Origin: Heterodontus francisci
Lineage: Eukaryota
Direction: 5' to 3'
Assembly (NCBI RefSeq): GCF_036365525.1
Contig: NC_090399.1
Span: 53,848,430 to 53,912,429, forward strand
Length of the DNA: 64,000 bases
How positions within the stretch are numbered: position 1 is the first letter of the stretch; every line of letters starts with the position of its first letter. Below the pieces are notes generated by a model, which searched no databases, was not told where the DNA came from, and saw only the letters and a program-made list of their open reading frames with translations. This document shows positions 37,101 to 52,100 of this stretch, piece by piece. The translations under genes and the position numbers were made by a program.

Positions 37101-40100
37101 TTTATATTATATTAATAATCCCGATCTCACTGGGGTCGGTGTGATGTTATTACAGGGAGTGAGGTCTGTGTGTTATTTTATTTATATTATATTAATAATC
37201 CTGATCTCACTGGGGTCGGTGTGATGTTATTACAGGGAGTGAGGTCTGTGTGTTATTATATTTATATTATATTAATAATCCTGATCTCACTGGGGTCGGT
37301 GTGATGTTATTACAGGGAGTGAGGTCTGTGTGTTATTATATTTATATTATATTAATAATCCCGATCTCACTGGGGTCGGTGTGATGTTATTACAGGGAGT
37401 GAGGGCTGTGTGTTATTATATTATATTATATTAATAATCCTGATCTCACTGGGGTCGGTGTGATGTTATTACAGGGAGTGAGGTCTGTGTGTTATTATAT
37501 TATATTATATTAATAATCCTGATCTCACTGGGGTCGGTGTGATGTTATTACAGGGAGTGAGGTCTGTGTGTTATTATATTATATTATATTAATAATCCTG
37601 ATCTCACTGGGGTCGGTGTGATGTTATTACAGGGAGTGAGGTCTGTGTGTTATTATATTTATATTATATTAATAATCCCGATCTCACTGGGGTCGGTGTG
37701 ATGTTATTACAGGGAGTGAGGTCTGTGTGTTATTATATTTATATTATATCAATAATCCCGATCTCACTGGGGTCCGTGTGATGTTATTACAGGGAGTGAG
37801 GTCTGTGTGTTATTGTATTTATATTATATCAATAATCCTGATCTCACTGGGGTCGGTGTGATGTTATTACAGGGAGTGAGGTCTGTGTGTTATTATATTT
37901 ATATTATATTAATAATCCTGATCTCACTGGGGTCGGTGTGATGTTATTACAGGGAGTGAGGTCTGTGTGTTATTATATTTATATTATATTAATAATCCTG
38001 ATCTCACTGGGGTCGGTGTGATGTTATTACAGGGAGTGAGGTCTGTGTGTTATTATATTTATATTATATTAATACTCCTGATCTCACTGGGGTCGGTGTG
38101 ATGTTATTACAGGGAGTGAGGGCTGTGTGTTATTATATTTATATTATATCAATAATCCTGATCTCACTGGGGTCGGTGTGATGTTATTACAGGGAGTGAG
38201 GTCTGTGTGTTATTATATTTATATTATATTAATAATCCTGATCTCACTGGGGTCGGTGTGATGTTATTACAGGGAGTGAGGTCTGTGTGTTATTGTATTT
38301 ATATTATATTAATAATCCTGATCTCACTGGGGTCGGTGTGATGTTATTACAGAGAGTGAGGTCTGTGTGTTATTATATTTATATTATATCAATAATCCCG
38401 ATCTCACTGGGGTCGGTGTGATGTTATTACAGGGAGTGAGGTCTGTGTGTTATTATATTTATATTATATTAATCCTGATCTCACTGGGGTCGGTGTGATG
38501 TTATTACAGGGAGTGAGGTCTGTGTGTTATTATATTTATATTATATTAATAATCCTGATCTCACTGGGGTCGGTGTGATGTTATTACAGGGAGTGAGGTC
38601 TGTGTGTTATTGTATTTATATTATATTAATAATCCTGATCTCACTGGGGTCGGTGTGATGTTATTACAGAGAGTGAGGTCTGTGTGTTATTATATTTATA
38701 TTATATCAATAATCCCGATCTCACTGGGGTCGGTGTGATGTTATTACAGGGAGTGAGGTCTGTGTGTTATTATATTTATATTATATCAATAATCCTGATC
38801 TCACTGGGGTCGGTGTGATGTTATTACAGGGAGTGAGGTCTGTGTGTTATTATATTTATATTATATTAATAATCCTGATCTCACTGGGGTCGGTGTGATG
38901 TTATTACAGGGAGTGAGGTCTGTGTGTTATTGTATTTATATTATATTAATAATCCTGATCTCACTGGGGTCGGTGTGATGTTATTACAGGGAGTGAGGTC
39001 TGTGTGTTATTGTATTTATATTATATCAATAATCCTGATCTCACTGGGGTCGGTGTGATGTTATTACAGGGAGTCAGGGCTGTGTGTTATTATATTTATA
39101 TTATATTAATAATCCTGATCTCACTGGGGTCGGTGTGATGTTATTACAGGGAGTGAGGTCTGTGTGTTATTATATTTATATTATATTAATAATCCCGATC
39201 TCACTGGGGTCGGTGTGATGTTATTACAGGGAGTGAGGTCTGTGTGTTATTATATTTATATTATATTAATAATCCTGATCTCACTGGGGTCGGTGTGATG
39301 TTATTACAGGGAGTGAGGTCTGTGTGTTATTATATTTATATTATATTAATAATCCCGATCTCACTGGGGTCGGTGTGATGTTATTACAGGGAGTGAGGTC
39401 TGTGTGTTATTATATTTATATTATATTAATAATCCTGATCTCACTGGGGTCGGTGTGATGTTATTACAGGGAGTGAGGTCTGTGTGTTATTGTATTTATA
39501 TTATATTAATAATCCTGATCTCACTGGGGTCGGTGTGATGTTATTACAGGGAGTCAGGGCTGTGTGTTATTATATTTATATTATATTAATAATCCTGGTC
39601 TCACTGGGGTCGGTGTGATGTTATTACAGGGAGTGAGGTCTGTGTGTTATTATATTTATATTATATTAATAATCCCGATCTCACTGGGGTCGGTGTGATG
39701 TTATTACAGGGAGTGAGGTCTGTGTGTTATTATATTTATATTATATTAATAATCCTGATCTCACTGGGGTCGGTGTGATGTTATTACAGGGAGTGAGGTC
39801 TGTGTGTTATTATATTTATATTATATTAATAATCCCGATCTCACTGGGGTCCGTGTGATGTTATTACAGGGAGTGAGGTCTGTGTGTTATTATATTTATA
39901 TTATATTAATAATCCCGATCTCACTGGGGTCGGTGTGATGTTATTACAGGGAGTGAGGTCTGTGTGTTATTGTATTTATATTATATTAATAATCCTGATC
40001 TCACTGGGGTCGGTGTGATGTTATTACAGGGAGTGAGGTCTGTGTGTTATTGTATTTATATTATATTAATAATCCTGATCTCACTGGGGTCGGTGTGATG

Positions 40101-43100
40101 TTATTACAGGGAGTCAGGGCTGTGTGTTATTATATTTATATTATATTAATAATCCTGATCTCACTGGGGTCGGTGTGATGTTATTACAGGGAGTGAGGGC
40201 TGTGTGTTATTATATTTATATTATATTAATAATCCTGATCTCACTGGGGTCGGTGTGATGTTATTACAGGGAGTGAGGTCTGTGTGTTATTATATTTATA
40301 TTATATCAATAATCCTGATCTCACTGGGGTCGGTGTGATGTTATTACAGGGAGTCAGGGCTGTGTGTTATTATATTTATATTATATCAATAATCCTGATC
40401 TCACTGGGGTCGGTGTGATGTTATTACAGGGAGTGAGGTCTGTGTGTTATTATATTTATATTATATCAATAATCCCGATCTCACTGGGGTCGGTGTGATG
40501 TTATTACAGGGAGTGAGGTCTGTGTGTTATTATATTTATATTATATTAATAATCCTGATCTCACTGGGGTCGGTGTGATGTTATTACAGGGAGTGAGGTC
40601 TGTGTGTTATTGTATTTATATTATATTAATAATCCCGATCTCACTGGGGTCGGTGTGATGTTATTACAGGGAGTGAGGTCTGTGTGTTATTATATTATAT
40701 TATATCAATAATCCCGATCTCACTGGGGTCGGTGTGATGTTATTACAGGGAGTGAGGTCCGTGTGTTGTTATATTTCTTTTATATCAATAATCCCGATCT
40801 CACTGGGGTCGGTGTGATGTTTTTACAGGGAGTGAGGTCTGTGTGTTATTGTATTTATATTATATTAATAATCCCGATCTCACTGGGGTCGGTGTGATGT
40901 TATTACAGGGAGTGAGGTCCGTGTGTTATTATATTTCTTTTATATCAATAATCCCGATCTCACTGGGGTCGGTGTGATGTTATTACAGGCAGTGAGGTCT
41001 GTGTGTTATTGTATTTATATTATATTAATAATCCCGATCTCACTGGGGTCGGTGTGATGTTATTACAGGGAGTGAGGTCTGTGTGTTATTATATTTATAT
41101 TATATTAATAATCCTGATCTCACTGGGGTCGGTGTGATGTTATTACAGGGAGTGAGGTCTGTGTGTTATTGTATTTATATTATATTAATAATCCCGATCT
41201 CACTGGGGTCGGTGTGATGTTATTACAGGGAGTGAGGTCTGTGTGTTATTATATTATATTATATCAATAATCCCGATCTCACTGGGGTCGGTGTGATGTT
41301 ATTACAGGGAGTGAGGTCTGTGTGTTATTATATTTATATTATATTAATAATCCTGATCTCACTGGGGTCGGTGTGATGTTATTACAGGGAGTGAGGTCTG
41401 TGTGTTATTATATTTATATTATATCAATAATCCCGATCTCACTGGGGTCGGTGTGATGTTATTACAGGGAGTGAGGTCTGTGTGTTATTATATTATATTA
41501 TATCAATAATCCCGATCTCACTGGGGTCGGTGTGATGTTATTACAGAGAGTGAGGTCTGTGTGTTATTATATTTATATTATATTAATAATCCTGATCTCA
41601 CTGGGGTCGGTGTGATGTTATTACAGGGAGTGAGGTCTGTGTGTTATTATATTTATATTATATTAATAATCCCGATCTCACTGGGGTCGGTGTGATGTTA
41701 TTACAGGGAGTGAGGTCTGTGTGTTATTATATTTATATTATATTAATAATCCCGATCTCACTGGGGTCGGTGTGATGTTATTACAGGGAGTGAGGTCTGT
41801 GTGTTATTGTATTTATATTATATTAATAATCCTGATCTCACTGGGGTCGGTGTGATGTTATTACAGGGAGTGAGATCTGTGTGTTATTATATTTATATTA
41901 TATCAATAATCCCGATCTCACTGGGGTCGGTGTGATGTTATTACAGGGAGTGAGGTCTGTGTGTTATTATATTTATATTATATTAATAATCCTGATCTCA
42001 CTGGGGTCGGTGTGATGTTATTACAGGGAGTGAGGTCTGTGTGTTATTATATTTATATTATATCAATAATCCCGATCTCACTGGGGTCGGTGTGATGTTA
42101 TTACAGGGAGTGAGGTCTGTGTGTTATTATATTTATATTATATTAATAATCCTGATCTCACTGGGGTCGGTGTGATGTTATTACAGAGAGTGAGGTCTGT
42201 GTGTTATTATATTTATATTATATTAATAATCCTGATCTCACTGGGGTCGGTGTGATGTTATTACAGGGAGTGAGGTCTGTGTGTTATTATATTTATATTA
42301 TATTAATAATCCCGATCTCACTGGGGTCGGTGTGATGTTATTACAGGGAGTGAGGTCTGTGTGTTATTATATTTATATTATATTAATAATCCCGATCTCA
42401 CTGGGGTCGGTGTGATGTTATTACAGGGAGTGAGGTCTGTGTGTTATTATATTATATTATATTAATAATCCCGATCTCACTGGGGTCGGTGTGATGTTAT
42501 TACAGGGAGTGAGGTCTGTGTGTTATTGTATTTATATTATATTAATAATCCCGATCTCACTGGGGTCGGTGTGATGTTATTACAGGGAGTGAGTTCTGTG
42601 TGTTATTATATTATATTATATCAATAATCCCGATCTCACTGGGGTCGGTGTGATGTTATTACAGGGAGTGAGGTCTGTGTGTTATTATATTTATATTATT
42701 TCAATAATCCTGATCTCACTGGGGTCGGTGTGATGTTATTACAGGGAGTGAGGTCTGTGTGTTATTATATTTATATTATATCAATAATCCCGATCTCACT
42801 GGGGTCGGTGTGATGTTATTACAGGGAGTGAGGTCTGTGTGTTATTATATTTATATTATATTAATAATCCCGATCGCACTGGGGTCGGTGTGATGTTATT
42901 ACAGGGAGTGAGGTCTGTGTGTTATTGTATTTATATTAGATTAATAATCCCGATCTCACTGGGGTCGGTGTGATGTTATTACAGGGAGTGAGGTCTGTGT
43001 GTTATTATATTATATTATATCAATAATCCCGATCTCACTGGGGTCGGTGTGATGTTATTACAGGGAGTGAGGTCCGTGTGTTGTTATATTTCTTTTATAT

Positions 43101-46100
43101 CAATAATCCCGATCTCACTGGGGTCGGTGTGATGTTATTACAGGGAGTGAGGTCTGTGTGTTATTGTATTTATATTATATTAATAATCCCGATCTCACTG
43201 GGGTCGGTGTGATGTTATTACAGGGAGTGAGGTCCGTGTGTTATTATATTTCTTTTATATCAATAATCCCGATCTCACTGGGGTCGGTGTGATGTTATTA
43301 CAGGCAGTGAGGTCTGTGTGTTATTGTATTTATATTATATTAATCATCCCGATCTCACTGGGGTCGGTGTGATGTTATTACAGGGAGTGAGGTCTGTGTG
43401 TTATTATATTTATATTATATTAATAATCCTGATCTCACTGGGGTCGGTGTGATGTTATTACAGGGAGTGAGGTCTGTGTGTTATTGTATTTATATTATAT
43501 TAATAATCCCGATCTCACTGGGGTCGGTGTGATGTTATTACAGGGAGTGAGGTCTGTGTGTTATTATATTATATTATATCAATAATCCCGATCTCACTGG
43601 GGTCGGTGTGATGTTATTACAGGGAGTGAGGTCTGTGTGTTATTATATTTATATTATATTAATAATCCTGATCTCACTGGGGTCGGTGTGATGTTATTAC
43701 AGGGAGTGAGGTCTGTGTGTTATTATATTTATATTATATCAATAATCCCGATCTCACTGGGGTCGGTGTGATGTTATTACAGGGAGTGAGGTCTGTGTGT
43801 TATTATATTATATTATATCAATAATCCCGATCTCACTGGGGTCGGTGTGATGTTATTACAGAGAGTGAGGTCTGTGTGTTATTATATTTATATTATATTA
43901 ATAATCCTGATCTCACTGGGGTCGGTGTGATGTTATTACAGGGAGTGAGGTCTGTGTGTTATTATATTTATATTATATTAATAATCCCGATCTCACTGGG
44001 GTCGGTGTGATGTTATTACAGGGAGTGAGGTCTGTGTGTTATTATATTTATATTATATTAATAATCCCGATCTCACTGGGGTCGGTGTGATGTTATTACA
44101 GGGAGTGAGGTCTGTGTGTTATTGTATTTATATTATATTAATAATCCTGATCTCACTGGGGTCGGTGTGATGTTATTACAGGGAGTGAGGTCTGTGTGTT
44201 ATTATATTTATATTATATCAATAATCCTGATCTCACTGGGGTCGGTGTGATGTTATTACAGGGAGTCAGGGCTGTGTGTTATTATATTTATATTATATCA
44301 ATAATCCTGATCTCACTGGGGTCGGTGTGATGTTATTACAGGGAGTGAGGTCTGTGTGTTATTATATTTATATTATATCAATAATCCCGATCTCACTGGG
44401 GTCAGTGTGATGTTATTACAGGGAGTGAGGTCTGTGTGTTATTATATTTATATTATATTAATAATCCTGATCTCACTGGGGTCAGTGTGATGTTATTACA
44501 GGGAGTGAGGTCTGTGTGTTATTATATTTATATTATATCAATAATCCTGATCTCACTGGGGTCGGTGTGATGTTATTACAGGGAGTCAGGGCTGTGTGTT
44601 ATTATATTTATATTATATCAATAATCCTGATCTCACTGGGGTCGGTGTGATGTTATTACAGGGAGTGAGGTCTGTGTGTTATTATATTTATATTATATCA
44701 ATAATCCCGATCTCACTGGGGTCAGTGTGATGTTATTACAGGGAGTCAGGGCTGTGTGTTATTATATTTATATTATATTAATAATCCTGATCTCACTGGG
44801 GTCGGTGTGATGTTATTACAGGGAGTGAGGTCTGTGTGTTATTATATTTATATTATATTAATAATCCCGATCTCACTGGGGTCGGTGTGATGTTATTACA
44901 GGGAGTGAGGTCTGTGTGTTATTATATTTATATTATATTAATAATCCCGATCTCACTGGGGTCGGTGTGATGTTATTACAGGGAGTGAGGTCTGTGTGTT
45001 ATTATATTTATATTATATTAATAATCCTGATCTCACTGGGGTCAGTGTGATGTTATTACAGGGAGTGAGGTCTGTGTGTTATTATATTTATATTATATCA
45101 ATAATCCTGATCTCACTGGGGTCGGTGTGATGTTATTACAGGGAGTCAGGGCTGTGTGTTATTATATTTATATTATATTAATAATCCTGATCTCACTGGG
45201 GTCGGTGTGATGTTATTACAGGGAGTGAGGTCTGTGTGTTATTATATTTATATTATATCAATAATCCCGATCTCACTGGGGTCAGTGTGATGTTATTACA
45301 GGGAGTCAGGGCTGTGTGTTATTATATTTATATTATATTAATAATCCTGATCTCACTGGGGTCGGTGTGATGTTATTACAGGGAGTGAGGTCTGTGTGTT
45401 ATTATATTTATATTATATTAATAATCCCGATCTCACTGGGGTCGGTGTGATGTTATTACAGGGAGTGAGGTCTGTGTGTTATTATATTTATATTATATTA
45501 ATAATCCTGATCTCACTGGGGTCGGTGTGATGTTATTACAGGGAGTGAGGTCTGTGTGTTATTATATTTATATTATATCAATAATCCCGATCTCACTGGG
45601 GTCGGTGTGATGTTATTACAGGGAGTGAGGTCTGTGTGTTATTATATTTATATTATATCAATAATCCCGATCTCACTGGGGTCGGTGTGATGTTATTACA
45701 GGGAGTGAGGTCTGTGTGTTATAATATTTATATTATATTAATAATCCTGATCTCACTGGGGTCGGTGTGATGTTATTACAGGGAGTGAGGTCTGTGTGTT
45801 ATTATATTTATATTATATCAATAATCCCGATCTCACTGGGGTCGGTGTGATGTTATTACAGGGAGTGAGGTCTGTGTGTTATTATATTTATATTATATTA
45901 ATAATCCTGATCTCACTGGGGTCGGTGTGATGTTATTACAGAGAGTGAGGTCTGTGTGTTATTGTATTTATATTATATTAATAATCCTGATCTCACTGGG
46001 GTCGGTGTGATGTTATTACAGGGAGTGAGGTCTGTGTGTCATTATATTTATATTATATTAATAATCCTGATCTCACTGGGGTCGGTGTGATGTTATTACA

Positions 46101-49100
46101 GGGAGTGAGGTCTGTGTGTTATTATATTTATATTATATTAATAATCCCGATCTCACTGGGGTCGGTGTGATGTTATTACAGGGAGTGAGGTCTGTGTGTT
46201 ATTATATTTATATTATATCAATAATCCCGATCTCACTGGGGTCAGTGTGATGTTATTACAGGGAGTCAGGGCTGTGTGTTATTATATTTATATTATATTA
46301 ATAATCCTGATCTCACTGGGGTCGGTGTGATGTTATTACAGGGAGTGAGGTCTGTGTGTTATTATATTTATATTATATTAATAATCCCGATCTCACTGGG
46401 GTCGGTGTGATGTTATTACAGGGAGTGAGGTCTGTGTGTTATTGTATTTATATTATATTAATAATCCTGATCTCACTGGGGTCGGTGTGATGTTATTACA
46501 GGGAGTGAGGTCTGTGTGTTATTGTATTTATATTATATTAATAATCCTGATCTCACTGGGGTCGGTGTGATGTTATTACAGGGAGTGAGGTCTGTGTGTT
46601 ATTATATTTATATTATATCAATAATCCTGATCTCACTGGGGTCGGTGTGATGTTATTACAGGGAGTCAGGGCTGTGTGTTATTATATTTATATTATATCA
46701 ATAATCCTGATCTCACTGGGGTCGGTGTGATGTTATTACAGGGAGTGAGGTCTGTGTGTTATTATATTTATATTATATCAATAATCCCGATCTCACTGGG
46801 GTCAGTGTGATGTTATTACAGGGAGTCAGGGCTGTGTGTTATTATATTTATATTATATTAATAATCCTGATCTCACTGGGGTCGGTGTGATGTTATTACA
46901 GGGAGTGAGGTCTGTGTGTTATTATATTTATATTATATTAATAATCCCGATCTCACTGGGGTCGGTGTGATGTTATTACAGGGAGTGAGGTCTGTGTGTT
47001 ATTATATTTATATTATATTAATAATCCCGATCTCACTGGGGTCGGTGTGATGTTATTACAGGGAGTGAGGTCTGTGTGTTATTATATTTATATTATATTA
47101 ATAATCCTGATCTCACTGGGGTCAGTGTGATGTTATTACAGGGAGTGAGGTCTGTGTGTTATTATATTTATATTATATCAATAATCCTGATCTCACTGGG
47201 GTCGGTGTGATGTTATTACAGGGAGTCAGGGCTGTGTGTTATTATATTTATATTATATTAATAATCCTGATCTCACTGGGGTCGGTGTGATGTTATTACA
47301 GGGAGTGAGGTCTGTGTGTTATTATATTTATATTATATCAATAATCCCGATCTCACTGGGGTCAGTGTGATGTTATTACAGGGAGTCAGGGCTGTGTGTT
47401 ATTATATTTATATTATATTAATAATCCTGATCTCACTGGGGTCGGTGTGATGTTATTACAGGGAGTGAGGTCTGTGTGTTATTATATTTATATTATATTA
47501 ATAATCCCGATCTCACTGGGGTCGGTGTGATGTTATTACAGGGAGTGAGGTCTGTGTGTTATTATATTTATATTATATTAATAATCCTGATCTCACTGGG
47601 GTCGGTGTGATGTTATTACAGGGAGTGTGGTCTGTGTGTTATTATATTTATATTATATCAATAATCCCGATCTCACTGGGGTCGGTGTGATGTTATTACA
47701 GGGAGTGAGGTCTGTGTGTTATTATATTTATATTATATCAATAATCCCGATCTCACTGGGGTCGGTGTGATGTTATTACAGGGAGTGAGGTCTGTGTGTT
47801 ATTATATTTATGTTATATTAATAATCCTGATCTCACTGGGGTCGGTGTGATGTTATTACAGGGAGTGAGGTCTGTGTGTTATTATATTTATATTATATCA
47901 ATAATCCCGATCTCACTGGGGTCGGTGTGATGTTATTACAGGGAGTGAGGTCTGTGTTATTATATTTATATTATATTAATAATCCTGATCTCACTGGGGT
48001 CGGTGTGATGTTATTACAGAGAGTGAGGTCTGTGTGTAATTATATTTATATTATATTAATAATCCTGATCTCACTGGGGTCGGTGTGATGTTATTACAGG
48101 GAGTGAGGTCTGTGTGTTATTATATTTATATTATATTAATAATCCCGATCTCACTGGGGTCGGTGTGATGTTATTACAGGGAGTGAGGTCTGTGTGTTAT
48201 TGTATTTATATTATATTAATAATCCTGATCTCACTGGGGTCGGTGTGATGTTATTACAGGGAGTGAGGTCTGTGTGTTATTATATTTATATTATATCAAT
48301 AATCCTGATCTCACTGGGGTCGGTGTGATGTTATTACAGGGAGTCAGGGCTGTGTGTTATTATATTTATATTATATAAATAATCCTGATCTCACTGGGGT
48401 CGGTGTGATGTTATTACAGGGAGTGAGGTCTGTGTGTTATTATATTTATATTATATCAATAATCCCGATCTCACTGGGGTCAGTGTGATGTTATTACAGG
48501 GAGTCAGGGCTGTGTGTTATTATATTTATATTATATTAATAATCCTGATCTCACTGGGGTCGGTGTGATGTTATTACAGGGAGTGAGGTCTGTGTGTTAT
48601 TATATTTATATTATATTAATAATCCCGATCTCACTGGGGTCGGTGTGATGTTATTACAGGGAGTGAGGTCTGTGTGTTATTATATTTATATTATATTAAT
48701 AATCCCGATCTCACTGGGGTCGGTGTGATGTTATTACAGGGAGTGAGGTCTGTGTGTTATTATATTTATATTATATTAATAATCCTGATCTCACTGGGGT
48801 CAGTGTGATGTTATTACAGGGAGTGAGGTCTGTGTGTTATTATATTTATATTATATCAATAATCCTGATCTCACTGGGGTCGGTGTGATGTTATTACAGG
48901 GAGTCAGGGCTGTGTGTTATTATATTTATATTATATTAATAATCCTGATCTCACTGGGGTCGGTGTGATGTTATTACAGGGAGTGAGGTCTGTGTGTTAT
49001 TATATTTATATTATATCAATAATCCCGATCTCACTGGGGTCAGTGTGATGTTATTACAGGGAGTCAGGGCTGTGTGTTATTATATTTATATTATATTAAT

Positions 49101-52100
49101 AATCCTGATCTCACTGGGGTCGGTGTGATGTTATTACAGGGAGTGAGGTCTGTGTGTTATTATATTTATATTATATTAATAATCCCGATCTCACTGGGGT
49201 CGGTGTGATGTTATTACAGGGAGTGAGGTCTGTGTGTTATTATATTTATATTATATTAATAATCCTGATCTCACTGGGGTCGGTGTGATGTTATTACAGG
49301 GAGTGAGGTCTGTGTGTTATTATATTTATATTATATCAATAATCCCGATCTCACTGGGGTCGGTGTGATGTTATTACAGGGAGTGAGGTCTGTGTGTTAT
49401 TATATTTATATTATATCAATAATCCCGATCTCACTGGGGTCGGTGTGATGTTATTACAGGGAGTGAGGTCTGTGTGTTATTATATTTATATTATATTAAT
49501 AATCCTGATCTCACTGGGTTCGGTGTGATGTTATTACAGGGAGTGAGGTCTGTGTGTTATTATATTTATATTATATCAATAATCCCGATCTCACTGGGGT
49601 CGGTGTGATGTTATTACAGGGAGTGAGGTCTGTGTGTTATTATATTTATATTATATTAATAATCCCGATCTCACTGGGGTCGGTGTGATGTTATTACAGG
49701 GAGTGAGGTCTGTGTGTTATTATATTTATATTATATCAATAATCCCGATCTCACTGGGGTCGGTGTGATGTTATTACAGGGAGTGAGGTCTGTGTGTTAT
49801 TATATTTATATTATATCAATAATCCTGATCTCACTGGGGTCGGTGTGATGTTATTACAGGGAGTGAGGTCTGTGTGTTATTATATTTATATTATATTAAT
49901 AATCCCGATCTCACTGGGGTCGGTGTGATGTTATTACAGAGAGTGAGGTCTGTGTGTTATTATATTTATATTATATTAATAATCCCGATCTCACTGGGGT
50001 CGGTGTGATGTTATTACAGGGAGTGAGGTCTGTGTGTTATTATATTTATATTATATTAATAATCCCGATCTCACTGGGGTCGGTGTGATGTTATTACAGG
50101 GATTGAGGGCTGTGTGTTATTATATTTATATTATATTAATAATCCCGATCTCACTGGGGTCGGTGTGATGTTATTACAGGGAGTGAGGTCTGTGTGTTAT
50201 TATATTTATATTATATCAATAATCCTGATCTCACTGGGGTCGGTGTGATGTTATTACAGGGAGTGAGGTCTGTGTGTTATTATATTTATATTATATTAAT
50301 AATCCCGATCTCACTGGGGACGGTTTGATGTTATTACAGGGAGTGAGGTCTGTGTGTTATTATATTTATATTATATTAATAATCCCGATCTCACTGGGGT
50401 CGGTGTGATGTTATTACAGGGAGTGAGGTCTGTGTGTTATTGTATTTATATTATATTAATAATCCCGATCTCACTGGGGTCGGTGTGATGTTATTACAGG
50501 GAGTGAGGTCTGTGTGTTATTATAATATATTATATCAATAATCCCGATCTCACTGGGGTCGGTGTGATGTTATTACAGGGAGTGAGGTCTGTGTGTTATT
50601 ATATTTATATTATATTAATAATCCTGATCTCACTGGGGTCGGTGTGATGTTATTACAGGGAGTGAGGTCTGTGTGTTATTATATTTATATTATATCAATA
50701 ATCCCGATCTCACTGGGGTCGGTGTGATGTTATTACAGGGAGTGAGGTCTGCGTGTTATTATATTATATTATATCAATAATCCCGATCTCACTGGGGTCG
50801 GTGTGATGTTATTACAGGGAGTGAGGTCTGTGTGTTATTGTATTTATATTATATTAATAATCCCGATCTCACTGGGGTCGGTGTGATGTTATTACAGGGA
50901 GTGAGGTCTGTGTGTTATTATATTTATATTATATCAATAATCCCGATCTCACTGGGGTCGGTGTGATGTTATTACAGGGAGTGAGGTCTGTGTGTTATTA
51001 TATTTATATTATATTAATAATCCCGATCTCACTGGGGTCGGTGTGATGTTATTACAGGGAGTGAGGTCTGTGTGTTATTATATTTATATTATATCAATAA
51101 TCCCGATCTCACTGGGGTCGGTGTGATGTTATTACAGGGAGTGAGGTCTGTGTGTTATTATATTTATATTATATTAATAATCCCGATCTCACTGGGGTCG
51201 GTGTGATGTTATTACAGGGAGTGAGGTCTGTGTGTTATTATATTTATATTATATCAATAATCCTGATCTCACTGGGGTCAGTGTGATGTTATTACAGGGA
51301 GTGAGGTCTGTGTGTTATTATATTTATATTATATCAATAATCCCGATCTCACTGGGGTCGGTGTGATGTTATTACAGGGAGTGAGGTCTGTGTGTTATTA
51401 TATTTATATTATATTAATAATCCCGATCTCACTGGGGTCGGTGTGATGTTATTACAGGGAGTGAGGTCTGTGTGTTATTATATTTATATTATATTAATAA
51501 TCCTGATCTCACTGGGGTCGGTGTGATGTTATTACAGAGAGTGAGGTCTGTGTGTTATTGTATTTATATTATATTAATAATCCCGATCTCACTGGGGTCG
51601 GTGTGATGTTATTACAGGGAGTGAGGTCTGTGTGTTATTGTATTTATATTATATTAATAATCCCGATCTCACTGGGGTCGGTGTGATGTTATTACAGGGA
51701 GTGAGGTCTGTGTGTTATTGTATTTATATTATATCAATAATCCCGATCTCACTGGGGTCGGTGTGATGTTATTACAGGGAGTGAGGTCTGTGTGTTATTA
51801 TATTTATATTATATCAATAATCCCGATCTCACTGGGGTCGGTGTGATGTTATTACAGGGAGTGAGGTCTGTGTGTTATTATATTTATATTATATCAATAA
51901 TCCCGATCTCACTGGGGTCGGTGTGATGTTATTACAGGGAGTGAGGTCTGTGTGTTATTATATTTATATTATATCAATAATCCCGATCTCACTGGGGTCG
52001 GTGTGATGTTATTACAGGGAGTGAGGTCTGTGTGTTATTATATTGTATTATATTAATAATCCTGATCTCACTGGGGTCGGTGTGATGTTATTACAGGGAG